This document shows, one piece after another, positions 29,388 through 40,019 of a stretch of 64,000 nt of DNA; position 1 is the first letter of the stretch; each line of letters starts with the position of its first letter. Source of the stretch: Bdellovibrio sp. (GTDB lineage: Bacteria; Bdellovibrionota; Bdellovibrionia; Bdellovibrionales; Bdellovibrionaceae); the NCBI GenBank assembly GCA_036676395.1, contig JAKFCY010000002.1:2304001-2368000 (forward strand), given 5' to 3'. Made by a program: the position numbers and the translations under genes. Below the pieces are notes generated by a model. That model was not told the DNA's origin. It was given only the letters and a program-made list of their open reading frames with translations, and searched no databases.

Positions 29388-30992
29388 CTACAATTTTCCG
29401 CGTTGAAAAACGAATTCATTTTTCTTACGGAAGTCTAAAGTTACTTGGTCTGCAGGTTTGTTCGCTGCCACAAATAAGTTTTTAGGGTTTAAAGTTTCAA
29501 TTTTGATCTCTTCACCAGCTAATAAAGCCGCTGCTTCAGTCACTGTTAAAGCTTCAGATACAACCGTTGTTACTTTTTTGAAAGTTTGTGAAACACCAGC
29601 ATGGTTGATGAATGTTCCAGATTTTTCAATGTAAGTTTTAAGCGGGATAATCGTAGCTGATTTTAAAGATTTGTTAGCCACTAATGAATCTACTTTAGCA
29701 GACGTCATGTAAATTAAATTTTGCGCTTTCGCAAAAGACTCTAATTTAGCCGTGAAATCTTTGTAAACCGGAATGTTCTCAGGACCAACTACAACTAAAT
29801 GTTTAACTTTAGACGGGTCTAAATCAGAAAATTTAGTTGAGATGCCATGCTTTGCAAAAACTTGCTGTAAACCTTTAGTGTTTGGATTTTTATCGCCACG
29901 TAAAAGGATACCATCAAACGCAGTAGCGTGTGATTCAGATTCAGCCTGCCACCAGTGATAGATATTTTTAGTTTTGTATGTATTTACAAAAGTAGAAACG
30001 ATTGCTTCTAACTCTTCAACTGTGTGCTGACCTGTTACTACTAATGCAATGTCGTTACCAGAAGCGCCTTTTAAAGATAACGAAGCATCTTTTGCAGCTG
30101 CTCCTGCGTGAAGCTCAGAGTGCCATTGGCCATTCGCTAATTTGTGACCTTTGATTTGACGATTTTCTTTGTTTACGAATTTGTAAACATCGCGGCCTTC
30201 ATCACACATCCAGTGACCGTTGATCGCATCATTACGCTTAGGCTTAACGCGGAAAATACCTTCTTTGTTGAAGTACACTTTAACGTTACAACCTGTCGAA
30301 CAACCGTTACAAACAGTTTCAGAATCTTTTAAAAACCACACACGTTGTCTGAAACGGAAGTCTTTAGAAGTTAAAGCTCCTACCGGACAAATATCTACAG
30401 TGTTTAAAGAGTATTTATTATCTAATGGTTTACCCGCGTGAGTTCCGATTTCGGCAACGTCACCACGATTGAAAATTCCTAATTCGTGAGTTTTAGAAAC
30501 TTCATCAGTGAAACGCACACAACGAGAACAAAGAATACAACGCTCAGAATCCAGAACCACTGTTGGTCCAAGATCTACAACCTTGTGTTTCTTTTGTTTT
30601 TTCTCAGACATTTCAGAGTTGTATTTACCAAACTCCATGTACTGTTCTTGTAAACCGCACTCACCAGCTTGGTCACAGATCGGACAATCAAGTGGATGGT
30701 TAATTAAATGGAAATCTAATCCCCATTTTGCCGCCTCGACAACTTGGTCAGAAGTATTATTAACTTTCATGCCTTCAGTTACAACCGTGTTACAGGCGAT
30801 TTGTAAACGTGGATTTCCTTCGATCTGAACCATACATAAACGGCAAACACCGGCGATACTTAAACCCGGGTGCCAGCAGTAGTGAGCAATCTTTTGTTGA
30901 TTCTCATACATAGCTTCGATGATTGTAGACCCAGCTTTAACCTGAAGAGCTACACCGTTAATTGTACAATTAATGAGAGGCTGTTGCTGCAT
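29388..30992 (-). CDS. nuoG: NADH-quinone oxidoreductase subunit G (shortened C-terminus)
   Basis: CWHPGLSIAGVCRLC, HPLDCPICDQAGEC, CILCSRC, CNGCSTGC; start at ATG 30992 by SD AAGGA spacing. Confidence 0.93.
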   Translation of the reverse strand: MQQQPLINCTINGVALQVKAGSTIIEAMYENQQKIAHYCWHPGLSIAGVCRLCMVQIEGNPRLQIACNTVVTEGMKVNNTSDQVVEAAKWGLDFHLINHPLDCPICDQAGECGLQEQYMEFGKYNSEMSEKKQKKHKVVDLGPTVVLDSERCILCSRCVRFTDEVSKTHELGIFNRGDVAEIGTHAGKPLDNKYSLNTVDICPVGALTSKDFRFRQRVWFLKDSETVCNGCSTGCNVKVYFNKEGIFRVKPKRNDAINGHWMCDEGRDVYKFVNKENRQIKGHKLANGQWHSELHAGAAAKDASLSLKGASGNDIALVVTGQHTVEELEAIVSTFVNTYKTKNIYHWWQAESESHATAFDGILLRGDKNPNTKGLQQVFAKHGISTKFSDLDPSKVKHLVVVGPENIPVYKDFTAKLESFAKAQNLIYMTSAKVDSLVANKSLKSATIIPLKTYIEKSGTFINHAGVSQTFKKVTTVVSEALTVTEAAALLAGEEIKIETLNPKNLFVAANKPADQVTLDFRKKNEFVFQRGKL

Positions 30993-32280
30993 ATGCATGT
31001 CCTTTGTACGCTGTACCTTTTACTTTTGATTTACCTTCACGCACGAAATACTCGAATTCGTCGCGGAATTTAGTCACAAAACTAATAATTGGTAATGCTG
31101 CTGCATCAGAAAGAGCGCAGATCGTGCGGCCTTTCATATTATCAGCAACTTTTACAAGTAATTCGATATCTTGTAAGCGACCCTTACCTGATAAGATCGA
31201 ATGAACGATTTTATCTGCCCAACCCGTGCCTTCGCGGCATGGAGTACATTGGCCACAAGATTCGTGGTGATAAAAGTGAGTCAAATTAGCTAAGCATTCA
31301 ACCATACATTTAGAATCATCGATCACGATAATCGCGCCTGACCCTAACATTGTTCCGGCTTGGGCTAAGTTTTCATAATCAAGAGTGGCTTTTAAGGCTT
31401 CTTCAGCGGTTAAAACCGGAGCCGATGATCCACCAGGAATTACGGCTTTTAATTTTTTGCCGTTTTTAATTCCACCGCCAAGCACATTGATCATATCTTT
31501 TAATGGATATCCCAATGGAACTTCGTAGTTGCCTGGTTTATTAACGTTACCTGATAATGAGAATAATTTTGAACCCGCAGATTTTTCAGTTCCGTATTTA
31601 CGGTAACCTGCAGCCCCATCACGCATGATGTATTTAACCGCTGCTAAAGTTTCTACGTTATTAACGATTGTTGGTTTTTTTAAATAACCTTGAACCGCCG
31701 GAAATGGTGGTTTTAATTTCGGTTGGCCTTTTAAACCTTCAAGAGATGAAATCATTCCTGTTTCTTCGCCGCAGATGTAGGCGCCTGCTCCGCGGTACAC
31801 ATCCATATCGTGATCAAAACCAGAACCTAGGATGTTTTTTCCAAGAAGACCTGCCTTGTAAGCTTCTTGAATCGCTGTGTTTAATGCGTTGATTGAATCA
31901 TCGTATTCACCACGAACATAGATATAAGATTTTTTACAGTTGATCGCAAAAGCCGAGATGATCATGCCTTCTACTAACTGATGCGGAGCTTTTTCCATCA
32001 TCATACGATCTTTGAATGTACCTGGCTCGCCTTCATCGGCGTTACAAAGTAAATATCTTGGTTCGTCGTTTTTCGGCAAGAATCCCCATTTCATTCCTGT
32101 TGGGAAACCCGCGCCGCCACGACCGCGAAGACCAGAAGCTTTAACTTCATCGATGATCGCTTGCGGTTGCATTTTCAAAGCTTTCGCCAGTTGAACGTAA
32201 CCACCATTTTTTTTGTAGCCTTCAAGGCCTTTGAATTCTGGTAAATGATAAAATTCTGTAAGGTATTTTACTTCACTCAT
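30970..32280 (-). CDS. nuoF: NADH-quinone oxidoreductase subunit F
   Basis: GRGGAGFPTG, NADEGEPG, GAYICGEET, CGQCTPCREG. Confidence 0.98.
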   Translation of the reverse strand: MSEVKYLTEFYHLPEFKGLEGYKKNGGYVQLAKALKMQPQAIIDEVKASGLRGRGGAGFPTGMKWGFLPKNDEPRYLLCNADEGEPGTFKDRMMMEKAPHQLVEGMIISAFAINCKKSYIYVRGEYDDSINALNTAIQEAYKAGLLGKNILGSGFDHDMDVYRGAGAYICGEETGMISSLEGLKGQPKLKPPFPAVQGYLKKPTIVNNVETLAAVKYIMRDGAAGYRKYGTEKSAGSKLFSLSGNVNKPGNYEVPLGYPLKDMINVLGGGIKNGKKLKAVIPGGSSAPVLTAEEALKATLDYENLAQAGTMLGSGAIIVIDDSKCMVECLANLTHFYHHESCGQCTPCREGTGWADKIVHSILSGKGRLQDIELLVKVADNMKGRTICALSDAAALPIISFVTKFRDEFEYFVREGKSKVKGTAYKGHAYAATASH

Positions 32281-32289
32281 CGTAATTCC

Positions 32290-32775
32290 TTATTTCAAAC
32301 CGCGAATGATATTCATCGCAGATTCATGAGTTAAATTTTCGTAATATTTAGCTGTATCGCCGCTAGTGATTTGCATCATCGGAGCTGTTCCGCATGAACC
32401 TAAACATTCAACTTCAGTTACTGTGAATTTTCCGTCTTTTGTTTTTTCACCTAAGTGAGTTCCAAGCTGTGAACAGATGTGCTCAGACAATTCTTTTGCG
32501 CCATTCAACATGCAAGATAATGTACGGCATACTTGGACGTGATGATTACCGATCGGCTCTTTGTTGTACATTGTATAGAATGTGCAAACTTCGTTGATGT
32601 TGGCTTCTGGCAATTCCATTACGCGCGATAATTCTTTGATGACATCTTTTGAAATGTAACCTTTGTTTTCAGCTTGCGCGATATACAAAGCAGGTAAAAC
32701 CGCAGATTGACGAGATTCGTATCTTTTCAATTCGGCTAAAACTTTTTCTTTTCCTTGAGGAGATAATTGAAACAT
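32290..32775 (-). CDS. nuoE: NADH-quinone oxidoreductase subunit E
   Basis: TFYTMY, CRTLSC, ECLGSC. Confidence 0.97.
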   Translation of the reverse strand: MFQLSPQGKEKVLAELKRYESRQSAVLPALYIAQAENKGYISKDVIKELSRVMELPEANINEVCTFYTMYNKEPIGNHHVQVCRTLSCMLNGAKELSEHICSQLGTHLGEKTKDGKFTVTEVECLGSCGTAPMMQITSGDTAKYYENLTHESAMNIIRGLK

Positions 32776-32786
32776 ATGTGCGGCTC

Positions 32787-34475
32787 CTATCTGTCTAACT
32801 CGCCAGCGATTAAGTTCATTGATGCAACAGTTGCAATCGCATCTGCTAACATGGAACCCTTAACTACATCTGGGAATGATTGATAAATTGCAAAACATGG
32901 TGGACGAACTTTTAAACGATACGGAGAAGCTGAACCATCAGAAACTAAGTAGAAACCTAATTCACCGTTGGCAGCTTCTGTTGCTGAATAAATTTCGCCA
33001 ACAGGAGGACGAAGACCTTTGATCACTAACATGAAGTGATTCATTAAACCTTCGATGTTTCCGTAAACATCTTTTTTCTCAGGAAGTACTACGCCTTTAT
33101 CGCGAACTGTCCAATCACCAGATGGAACATTTTTACAGGCTTGTCTGATGATGCGGATTGATTGGCGCATTTCTTCAATACGAACTAAGTAACGATCGTA
33201 AATATCGCCTTGTGTTCCAACCGGAACATCGAAATCATATTTTTCATAACCATAATAAGGTTGAGCGCGACGTAAATCTAAATTTACACCTGAAGCTCTA
33301 AGTAATGGGCCCGTGTAGCCCCACTCGATGGCATCCGCACCAGAAACTGCACACACATCCTGTGTACGTTTGATGAAAATTTTATTTCCTAATAACATTT
33401 TAGAAATTTCTTCTACACCATCAGACATCTCGTCGCAAAAACGAAGAACATCGTTAAACCAACCTTCAGGAGCATCGTAAGCCATACCACCAACACGAGT
33501 CATGGCAACAGTCAAACGAGCACCACAAAGTTTTTCAAACAATGTGTAAACTTTTTCACGGAAAGTAAATAAGTGGAAAAACGCTGTTAAGGCACCTAAG
33601 TCAACACCACCAGTACCAACCGCAATGATATGATCGATCACGCGAGATAACTCACATAAAATCACACGCATTGTTTCAGCACGCGCAGGGATTTCTAAGC
33701 CCATTAATTTTTCAACAGCCATGCAATAACCAATATTATTCATCGGAGCTGAACAGTAATTTAAACGATCAGTGTATGGAATAACCTGGTTGTACGGATG
33801 AGTTTCAGCCATTTTTTCGAAACATCTGTGAAGATACCCGATTTCAGGCATCGCACGAACGATCGTTTCACCATCTAATTCAACCATTACACGAAGGGTT
33901 CCATGCATTGCTGGATGTGAAGGTCCAATATTTAAAGGAACATATCTAGAATCTAATTGGTCACCACGTTGTTCAGGAGTGTTATCAAAATGAATTGGTA
34001 AAACTGAAGAACAATGTTGTTGTTTATCAGCTTCGTAATCTTTACGTAACGGATGCCCAACAAATTGATGATGAGTTAAAATTTTTCTTAAATTCGGGTG
34101 ACCCGAAAATTTAATACCGAACATGTCATAAGCTTCACGCTCAAACCAGTCAGCAGCTTTCCAGATTGTTGTAGCGGTAGCAACAGACTCGCCGTCGGCA
34201 ACTTGTGTTTTTACACGTAGACGACGTGAATCAGAAGATCCGAATAAGTGATATACAACATCAAAACGTTTTTCGCGGTTTGGATAATCAACACCGCAAA
34301 CATCCATTAAAAAATTGTAACCAGCGTATTCTTTTAAATATCTTAAAAGTGCAGTTACGGTTTCTTTAGATGCTTCAACAACGTGATCGCCAACTGGAGT
34401 TGTAGAAAATTTAAAAGCGTTATCGCCAAATTTTACCGAGATATCTTGTTTTAGAGTGGCCAATTGTTCAGACAT
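32787..34475 (-). CDS. nuoCD: NADH-quinone oxidoreductase fused subunit C/D
   Basis: EREAYDMFGI and GHPLRKDY (C) fused to GPSHPAMHG, IGYLHR, GELDR (D). Confidence 0.97.
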   Translation of the reverse strand: MSEQLATLKQDISVKFGDNAFKFSTTPVGDHVVEASKETVTALLRYLKEYAGYNFLMDVCGVDYPNREKRFDVVYHLFGSSDSRRLRVKTQVADGESVATATTIWKAADWFEREAYDMFGIKFSGHPNLRKILTHHQFVGHPLRKDYEADKQQHCSSVLPIHFDNTPEQRGDQLDSRYVPLNIGPSHPAMHGTLRVMVELDGETIVRAMPEIGYLHRCFEKMAETHPYNQVIPYTDRLNYCSAPMNNIGYCMAVEKLMGLEIPARAETMRVILCELSRVIDHIIAVGTGGVDLGALTAFFHLFTFREKVYTLFEKLCGARLTVAMTRVGGMAYDAPEGWFNDVLRFCDEMSDGVEEISKMLLGNKIFIKRTQDVCAVSGADAIEWGYTGPLLRASGVNLDLRRAQPYYGYEKYDFDVPVGTQGDIYDRYLVRIEEMRQSIRIIRQACKNVPSGDWTVRDKGVVLPEKKDVYGNIEGLMNHFMLVIKGLRPPVGEIYSATEAANGELGFYLVSDGSASPYRLKVRPPCFAIYQSFPDVVKGSMLADAIATVASMNLIAGELDR

Positions 34476-34476
34476 C

Positions 34477-35070
34477 TTACACTCCCACCGGACGAGGCGT
34501 GATAACTCTTGTTGAAGTTAAAGAATCTGGAACAGTTTGCGCATTGATTTCGTAAGGAGAAACCCAGCCTTCTTTCCAAGGACGTGGCGTTCTGTCTTTA
34601 ATCATTTTTTGTAATGTCATCACGCCATCAAGAACTGCTTCTGGAGTTGGAGGGCAACCTGGAACATAGACATCAACTGGAATAACTTTATCACAACCTT
34701 GTAACACGTGATAGGCGCGGTAGAAACCACCAGAGCTTGCACAGGCTCCCATCGATAAAACGTATTTTGGTTCTAACATTTGTTGGTAAATACGAACTAA
34801 GATTGGTGCCATTTTTTCTGTGATCGTACCAGCGACAACAAGTAAGTCTGCTTGACGAGGAGAGAAACGAACAACTTCAGCACCGAAGCGGGCTAAGTCA
34901 TATTTCGGACCCATCACTGACATTAACTCGATACCACAACAAGCAGTTCCGTAAGGAAGTGGCCACAAAGCATTTCTTTGTCCCCATGCTGCGATCGCAT
35001 CAAGTCGCGTAGTTAACGCGAACGACTTTGACATATCTTCTAAAGATTTATCAGACACTGTATCCGACAT
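34477..35070 (-). CDS. nuoB: NADH-quinone oxidoreductase subunit B
   Basis: ACCGIE, SPRQAD, MGACA, PGCPP. Confidence 0.98.
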   Translation of the reverse strand: MSDTVSDKSLEDMSKSFALTTRLDAIAAWGQRNALWPLPYGTACCGIELMSVMGPKYDLARFGAEVVRFSPRQADLLVVAGTITEKMAPILVRIYQQMLEPKYVLSMGACASSGGFYRAYHVLQGCDKVIPVDVYVPGCPPTPEAVLDGVMTLQKMIKDRTPRPWKEGWVSPYEINAQTVPDSLTSTRVITPRPVGV

Positions 35071-35316
35071 ATGTACCTCTGATTCTGGCGTAGCCAGATC
35101 GTTATCATAATCATTTGGTTTTCAACGACTCATCATTACAAAAAACCTTAATGAAGACAACGACATATCGTGCTAATTGCGCAGTCATTTCGGGCAAATT
35201 TCGAGAGGTTTATTTTTCAGTTTTTTGCCCGTGACCTAGACTTTTGTCTCAGGTGAAAAGTCTCATTCTGAAAGTAGCAAATAGTCTCTGATAAAACTTT
35301 GTGCTAAAATCTAATA

Positions 35317-35964
35317 ATGTTTTCGCAAAAGCTTCGTATTTTAACTCTCATAGTGAGCGTGATGATTATCATTCTCACTGAGCCTGCTTTTGCTCGCAAA
35401 AAATTTAAAGGCTTTAGCTTTAAAGGAAAACCAACTGCTTATAAATCAAACAACAAAATTATGAGCGCCGGATTTTCACTTATTGGCGCGCAAGGCACAA
35501 TGGGAAACGGTTTAGTTGATGCTCCTGATCGCGATCTTTATTTTTACCCGGTGCAACTATTTGTCGGAGTGCGCATGGGTAAAATTCGTCTATCTGCAGT
35601 CGCTGAATATATGCAAGGTTCACAAATTACCGAAGCCGCCGAAGTGGCCAACACTAACGTTAGCGGAACAGGAGTTTCATTTGGGCCACGGCTTGATTAT
35701 TACGATGGCGTGCAAAGCTTTGGCATTTTCTATCGCGCCAGCGACACTTATCAATTAGAAAAACCTGACATCAATAACGATTCACAATCTTATAAAGCTA
35801 CTGCTGGCTATACGGCACAATACACGCGCAGGCTAAAAGGACGTTTAGGTTTTGTACTTGATTACACACAAGAAGAATTTAGTGAAAGCTTAGATAGCGG
35901 GCCTGTAAAATGGACCCGCACTGGATTTGGATTAATTTATTCTAATTTTGATCTGACTAAGTAG
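35317..35964 (+). CDS. Probable outer-membrane beta-barrel protein
   Basis: Signal peptide (PAFA), amphipathic strands, terminal FGLIYSNF. Confidence 0.65.
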   Translation: MFSQKLRILTLIVSVMIIILTEPAFARKKFKGFSFKGKPTAYKSNNKIMSAGFSLIGAQGTMGNGLVDAPDRDLYFYPVQLFVGVRMGKIRLSAVAEYMQGSQITEAAEVANTNVSGTGVSFGPRLDYYDGVQSFGIFYRASDTYQLEKPDINNDSQSYKATAGYTAQYTRRLKGRLGFVLDYTQEEFSESLDSGPVKWTRTGFGLIYSNFDLTK

Positions 35965-36955
35965 CACCGTTTGGTTTGTAATTCACGATCACTTGCTCAT
36001 CCGCTGCAGGAATTGCAACACCATGAAATTTTAAAAGATAAATCGTGGTCGCCCCATTCACTTCAGTTTCTAATGTCCACCCGTTCGCCGCGTCTTCAAA
36101 AATTGCACGCCCACCAACAGTCACTTGGATCGTTGCTTTATTCGGTACATCTTTAAAACGATACGATGTTAATTGCGAAATAATGCGCGCTTTGATATTT
36201 GATACCGCCGAACTCAAATCAGCTGCGCAAATTGAGGACTTAACACCTTTAGAAGCATCGACTAATTTTAAAAATTGCGTGCCGATTGAAACGTGTCCAC
36301 CCAAGGCATCACAACTTTGATTTGTTAAAATCCCGATGTAATTTGCAATCCAACCGCGAGTGCCATCAGAAAAAAGCGGTTTTCTTGAGTTTAAATAACT
36401 TACAAAATCATCGTTATTCGGATTGCCGAACTCAGTGCTTTGATCAATTTCATCACTGATAAAGATCACTGAAAACAAGGCATCACTGCGAAGAAATTGG
36501 CTTGAATAATCTGTTGAGGTCACATATTTCATCGCATCCAGACTGCGCTCTAAATCTGAACCGGACTCTCCCACAATAATACGATCTGGCAATAAGTTGA
36601 TATTTGCCGAAGTTAAATATGCCGGAGTTCCCACAAGTTTTCTTGCAGAAGCATAATCTGAATTTTTAGCCATCGTCGAAGTCGTAACCCCGATGCGGTA
36701 ATCCATACCTAAACTATTTAACGTATTAACCATATCATGAACTTTTGCAGCCAAACGCTGTTGATACTGCAACATTGATTTTGAATTATCCACAACGAAT
36801 AACAAATCGACTTTGTTATTATAAAAAGTCTGCCCTGAAAACGATTCGTTTTGCTGTGGTAATGCAAAACTTGTTGCTGCATTCTTACAGCCAGTCGCAT
36901 TAACAACGGCAATAACCAAAGCTGACAATAATAGAACCATCGTGGTTTTTTTCAT
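35957..36955 (-). CDS. vWA (MIDAS) domain lipoprotein
   Basis: Start ATG 36955; lipobox-like ATGC; VDLLFVVDNSKSM MIDAS motif, ISDE. Confidence 0.85.
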   Translation of the reverse strand: MKKTTMVLLLSALVIAVVNATGCKNAATSFALPQQNESFSGQTFYNNKVDLLFVVDNSKSMLQYQQRLAAKVHDMVNTLNSLGMDYRIGVTTSTMAKNSDYASARKLVGTPAYLTSANINLLPDRIIVGESGSDLERSLDAMKYVTSTDYSSQFLRSDALFSVIFISDEIDQSTEFGNPNNDDFVSYLNSRKPLFSDGTRGWIANYIGILTNQSCDALGGHVSIGTQFLKLVDASKGVKSSICAADLSSAVSNIKARIISQLTSYRFKDVPNKATIQVTVGGRAIFEDAANGWTLETEVNGATTIYLLKFHGVAIPAADEQVIVNYKPNGAT

Positions 36956-36956
36956 C

Positions 36957-37733
36957 TTAAGCCGCCGCTTTCTTTCTGGTATAATTAGCAATATAAGTTT
37001 TTGCCGCCGCAGAGATTTTTAAAAACTGCACGCCATAGACATTGCCTTTGCAACTTACAATTTTGCAAATGGCATTAAAAGCTGGAACTTCAGAAGCTGG
37101 TTTGAAATGTAAATAAATTTGCTGGTCTTTTTCGAATTTTCCGTCTTCGATCATTAGCCCTGCGCCGCCTTCAGAAATTTCAACGCCCACTGATTTGTAA
37201 ACTTTGTGTTTATCATGAACGATTGCATGCGATTCAACTTTTGCACGTGCAAACTTACGCCTGAAAAACACTTTATCACCAGTATCTTTTTTCTTAGTGT
37301 GTTTTTCAAATAATAACCGAATTTCAGCAACTGAAAATTCTTCAACTTCAGCCAAGCGTTTCCAGGCAGTCATATTGTCGTGCCAGATAAAATCATATTC
37401 ATGCAAAGTTTTACTTTGTAACATTTGGATTAAATCTAATTTTGAAAATGGCCCGTAATTATTATTTTGCTTTAACACAAACCAAATTCTTTTTTTCGCA
37501 GGGTCTACATCAACCACATTTTTTACAACTGCAAGCGGAGTTTTAAAACTATTATTAAATAACATCGTGAATGGCGCATACTCCATTAACAAAACCCAGT
37601 CTTCAGCTTTATCGTCATAGATGTAATCATGCCAATTGATTTTTTGTGAGGTCAGCTTGACTTCAATTTCTTGAATAGTGAATGGTCCTTGCTGTTGACC
37701 TTGGCTAGCAATGTAGAAAGTAGACATAATCAA
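36957..37733 (-). CDS. Tandem GYF_2 (DUF4339) plus PilZ domain protein
   Basis: Two GPF...W units; C-terminal RKFAR and EISEGG, terminal YGVQF. Confidence 0.85.
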   Translation of the reverse strand: MIMSTFYIASQGQQQGPFTIQEIEVKLTSQKINWHDYIYDDKAEDWVLLMEYAPFTMLFNNSFKTPLAVVKNVVDVDPAKKRIWFVLKQNNNYGPFSKLDLIQMLQSKTLHEYDFIWHDNMTAWKRLAEVEEFSVAEIRLLFEKHTKKKDTGDKVFFRRKFARAKVESHAIVHDKHKVYKSVGVEISEGGAGLMIEDGKFEKDQQIYLHFKPASEVPAFNAICKIVSCKGNVYGVQFLKISAAAKTYIANYTRKKAAA

Positions 37734-37754
37734 TTCCCTCTTATTTCAAGACTC

Positions 37755-37781
37755 CTATCGGCCCTCAGGACTATCGTCTTA
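37755..37781 (-). promoter_or_regulatory. Putative sigma28 (FliA) promoter
   Basis: Minus strand TAAG-N15-GCCGATAG, near-consensus, 21 nt before the start. Confidence 0.8.
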
Positions 37782-37826
37782 AATGTTTTTGAAATTGATT
37801 ATTTTTTTTACAGCACTGTCAGCAGA

Positions 37827-38156
37827 TTAGTCGCTGGTCAGTTTTAAGCCTATGATAGAAACGAATAACAGCACCAAGAATAACAGCCGCATCGGTGACA
37901 CCGATTCTTGAAATAAGACAATACCCAGCACTGCCGTGCCTAAAGCGCCAACTCCCACCCACACGCCATAAGCAGTTCCGATCGGAAGAACGTGGCTTGC
38001 CCGCGCCAACAGATACATGCTGATCGCCAAAGTAATCACCGTGAAAAGACTTGGATAAAGTTTAGTGAAACCTTCGCTAAATTTAAGGCCGACGGCCCAG
38101 CAAATTTCGAATAAGCCTGCGATAATAAGAACAACCCACGCCATTGTGATAGACAT
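37827..38156 (-). CDS. sugE: SMR family exporter, Gdx/SugE subtype
   Basis: AGLFEICWAVGLK, LPIGTAYGVWVGVG; four TM segments. Confidence 0.9.
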   Translation of the reverse strand: MSITMAWVVLIIAGLFEICWAVGLKFSEGFTKLYPSLFTVITLAISMYLLARASHVLPIGTAYGVWVGVGALGTAVLGIVLFQESVSPMRLLFLVLLFVSIIGLKLTSD

Positions 38157-38166
38157 AGGTTATCTA

Positions 38167-39192
38167 CTACTTTAAAGCTTCACGGATATAAGCAGAAGCT
38201 TGATCCATCGCCCAGACAACAATCGCGATAACCACGATGATTGTACCAACCTCTGGCCACATCGCTTGACCTTGATATTGTACTAGTAATGTACCAATAC
38301 CACCACCACCAACTAAGCCGATGATTGTTGCCATACGCACGTTGATATCCCAGCGATAAACTGTGAACGAAACGTAAGGTAAAACAACCTGCGGTACAAT
38401 CGCGTACCAAATAGTTTGAAGCTTATTCGCCCCGCAAGATTGAACGCCCTCGATTGGGCCTTCGCTCACAGTTTCAACCATTTCAGAATATTGTTTAGCT
38501 AATGAGGCAATTGAGTGAATCATTAAGGCTAGCATTCCTGCAAATGGCCCGATGCCCACCCAAACCGAAAAGATAATCGCCCACACTAAAGCTTCGATTG
38601 AACGCATAACATTAAATAATGTACGCATCGCTAAGTAGATCGAAAAGCCCACATTGCCCGTCATAACATTTTTTGCAGAAACAAAAGACAATACGAAAGC
38701 AAAAGGAATGGCTAAAGCTGTTGCTAAGAAAGCCATAAAAATGGTTTCAATAATGTTGATAATAGCTTTAGGAAGAATATCGAAATTCGGAGAACCAATG
38801 CCTTTGAATAAACGAATTGCCCCGTCAAAACCATCTTCATTTAATAACTCATTAATTGAAAACTTAGTCTTAATGATACTTACGATCATTAGACCCACTA
38901 ATAAAACAATTAAGTGCCAAGCCGAAAATGTTTTATACCAAGGAATACTAACAACAGACTTTTTATAAGGAGGCTGGAATAAAGCCTCTCCTAACGTTGT
39001 AATATTCATCATAGTTAAAACATGACTGACAAAAGTTCCGACAATGAAAGCAGCTCCGAATAAAGCTACATTTAATTTCATGTTTAAAGCTTGCTCGTCT
39101 GTTGGATTGAGAATCCAAACAGCTAACGAAGCGATTAAAAATGCGAAAGTAAAGCCATCTAAAATTGATCTGCGGATTACGTATGATTTCAT
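38167..39192 (-). CDS. phnE: Phosphonate/phosphate-ester ABC permease
   Basis: GIGPFAG, YRWDINVR, GLVGGGGIG; extra N-terminal TM segments. Confidence 0.93.
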   Translation of the reverse strand: MKSYVIRRSILDGFTFAFLIASLAVWILNPTDEQALNMKLNVALFGAAFIVGTFVSHVLTMMNITTLGEALFQPPYKKSVVSIPWYKTFSAWHLIVLLVGLMIVSIIKTKFSINELLNEDGFDGAIRLFKGIGSPNFDILPKAIINIIETIFMAFLATALAIPFAFVLSFVSAKNVMTGNVGFSIYLAMRTLFNVMRSIEALVWAIIFSVWVGIGPFAGMLALMIHSIASLAKQYSEMVETVSEGPIEGVQSCGANKLQTIWYAIVPQVVLPYVSFTVYRWDINVRMATIIGLVGGGGIGTLLVQYQGQAMWPEVGTIIVVIAIVVWAMDQASAYIREALK

Positions 39193-39206
39193 CTGGTCTT
39201 CTCCTG

Positions 39207-39995
39207 TTAGCTGATGTGTACTTCTTTAGCGCCAGCGCCGTAGATTTTTTCAAACCAGGCTTCATCGATATTTTTTGGATCACCTTCGTAAACCAGTTCT
39301 CCACCTTTAAGAGCCACAACACGAGTTGCGTATTGGCGCACTAAAGACAAGAAATGAAGATTACATACGATTGTGATTCCTAATTCTTGGTTTACTTTTC
39401 TTAAGTAATCCATCACCACGTGACAAGTAGCCGGATCTAAAGAGGCCACTGGTTCGTCAGCTAATAGGATTTGAGGATTTTGTGTTAATGCTCTGGCAAT
39501 CGCAACACGTTGCTGTTGACCACCAGATAATTGATCGGCGCGGATATGCGCTTTATCAGCGATACCCACAAGCTTTAAATACTTCATCGCATCTGCTACA
39601 TCGGCGTCAGAAAACATGCCGAATAAGCTTTTAAGCGTCGAAGTTTTTGAAAGTTTACCCATCAAAACGTTGCTAAGAACCGAGTGACGCGGAATCAAAT
39701 TGAAATGCTGGAAGATCATTCCCACATTTTGGCGAAGCCATTTGATTTCAGCTGGTTTTTCAATTTTAGCTAAATCTTTTTCAGTATTGCCGTCATTGAA
39801 AACTATGTTTCCGCTGGTTGGTTCGTGCAAACGGTTAATACAACGAAGCATCGTTGATTTACCTGATCCTGAAAGACCAATCACAACTAAGAACTCACCC
39901 TTTTTAACATCGAAACTAACGCCTTTAAGCGCTTGCACTCCGTTAGGGTAAGTCTTTTTTAAGTTCTTAATACTTAAGATGGGTTTTACTGACAT
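39207..39995 (-). CDS. phnC: Phosphonate ABC ATPase
   Basis: GLSGSGKST, LSGGQQQRV, ADEPVASLDP. Confidence 0.95.
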   Translation of the reverse strand: MSVKPILSIKNLKKTYPNGVQALKGVSFDVKKGEFLVVIGLSGSGKSTMLRCINRLHEPTSGNIVFNDGNTEKDLAKIEKPAEIKWLRQNVGMIFQHFNLIPRHSVLSNVLMGKLSKTSTLKSLFGMFSDADVADAMKYLKLVGIADKAHIRADQLSGGQQQRVAIARALTQNPQILLADEPVASLDPATCHVVMDYLRKVNQELGITIVCNLHFLSLVRQYATRVVALKGGELVYEGDPKNIDEAWFEKIYGAGAKEVHIS

Positions 39996-40019
39996 AGTCG
40001 TCCTACTTATTTTCTTAAA

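Noticed and set aside
38157..38166. Guanidine riboswitch before sugE/gdx
   Set aside because: Only 10 nt separate it from phnE
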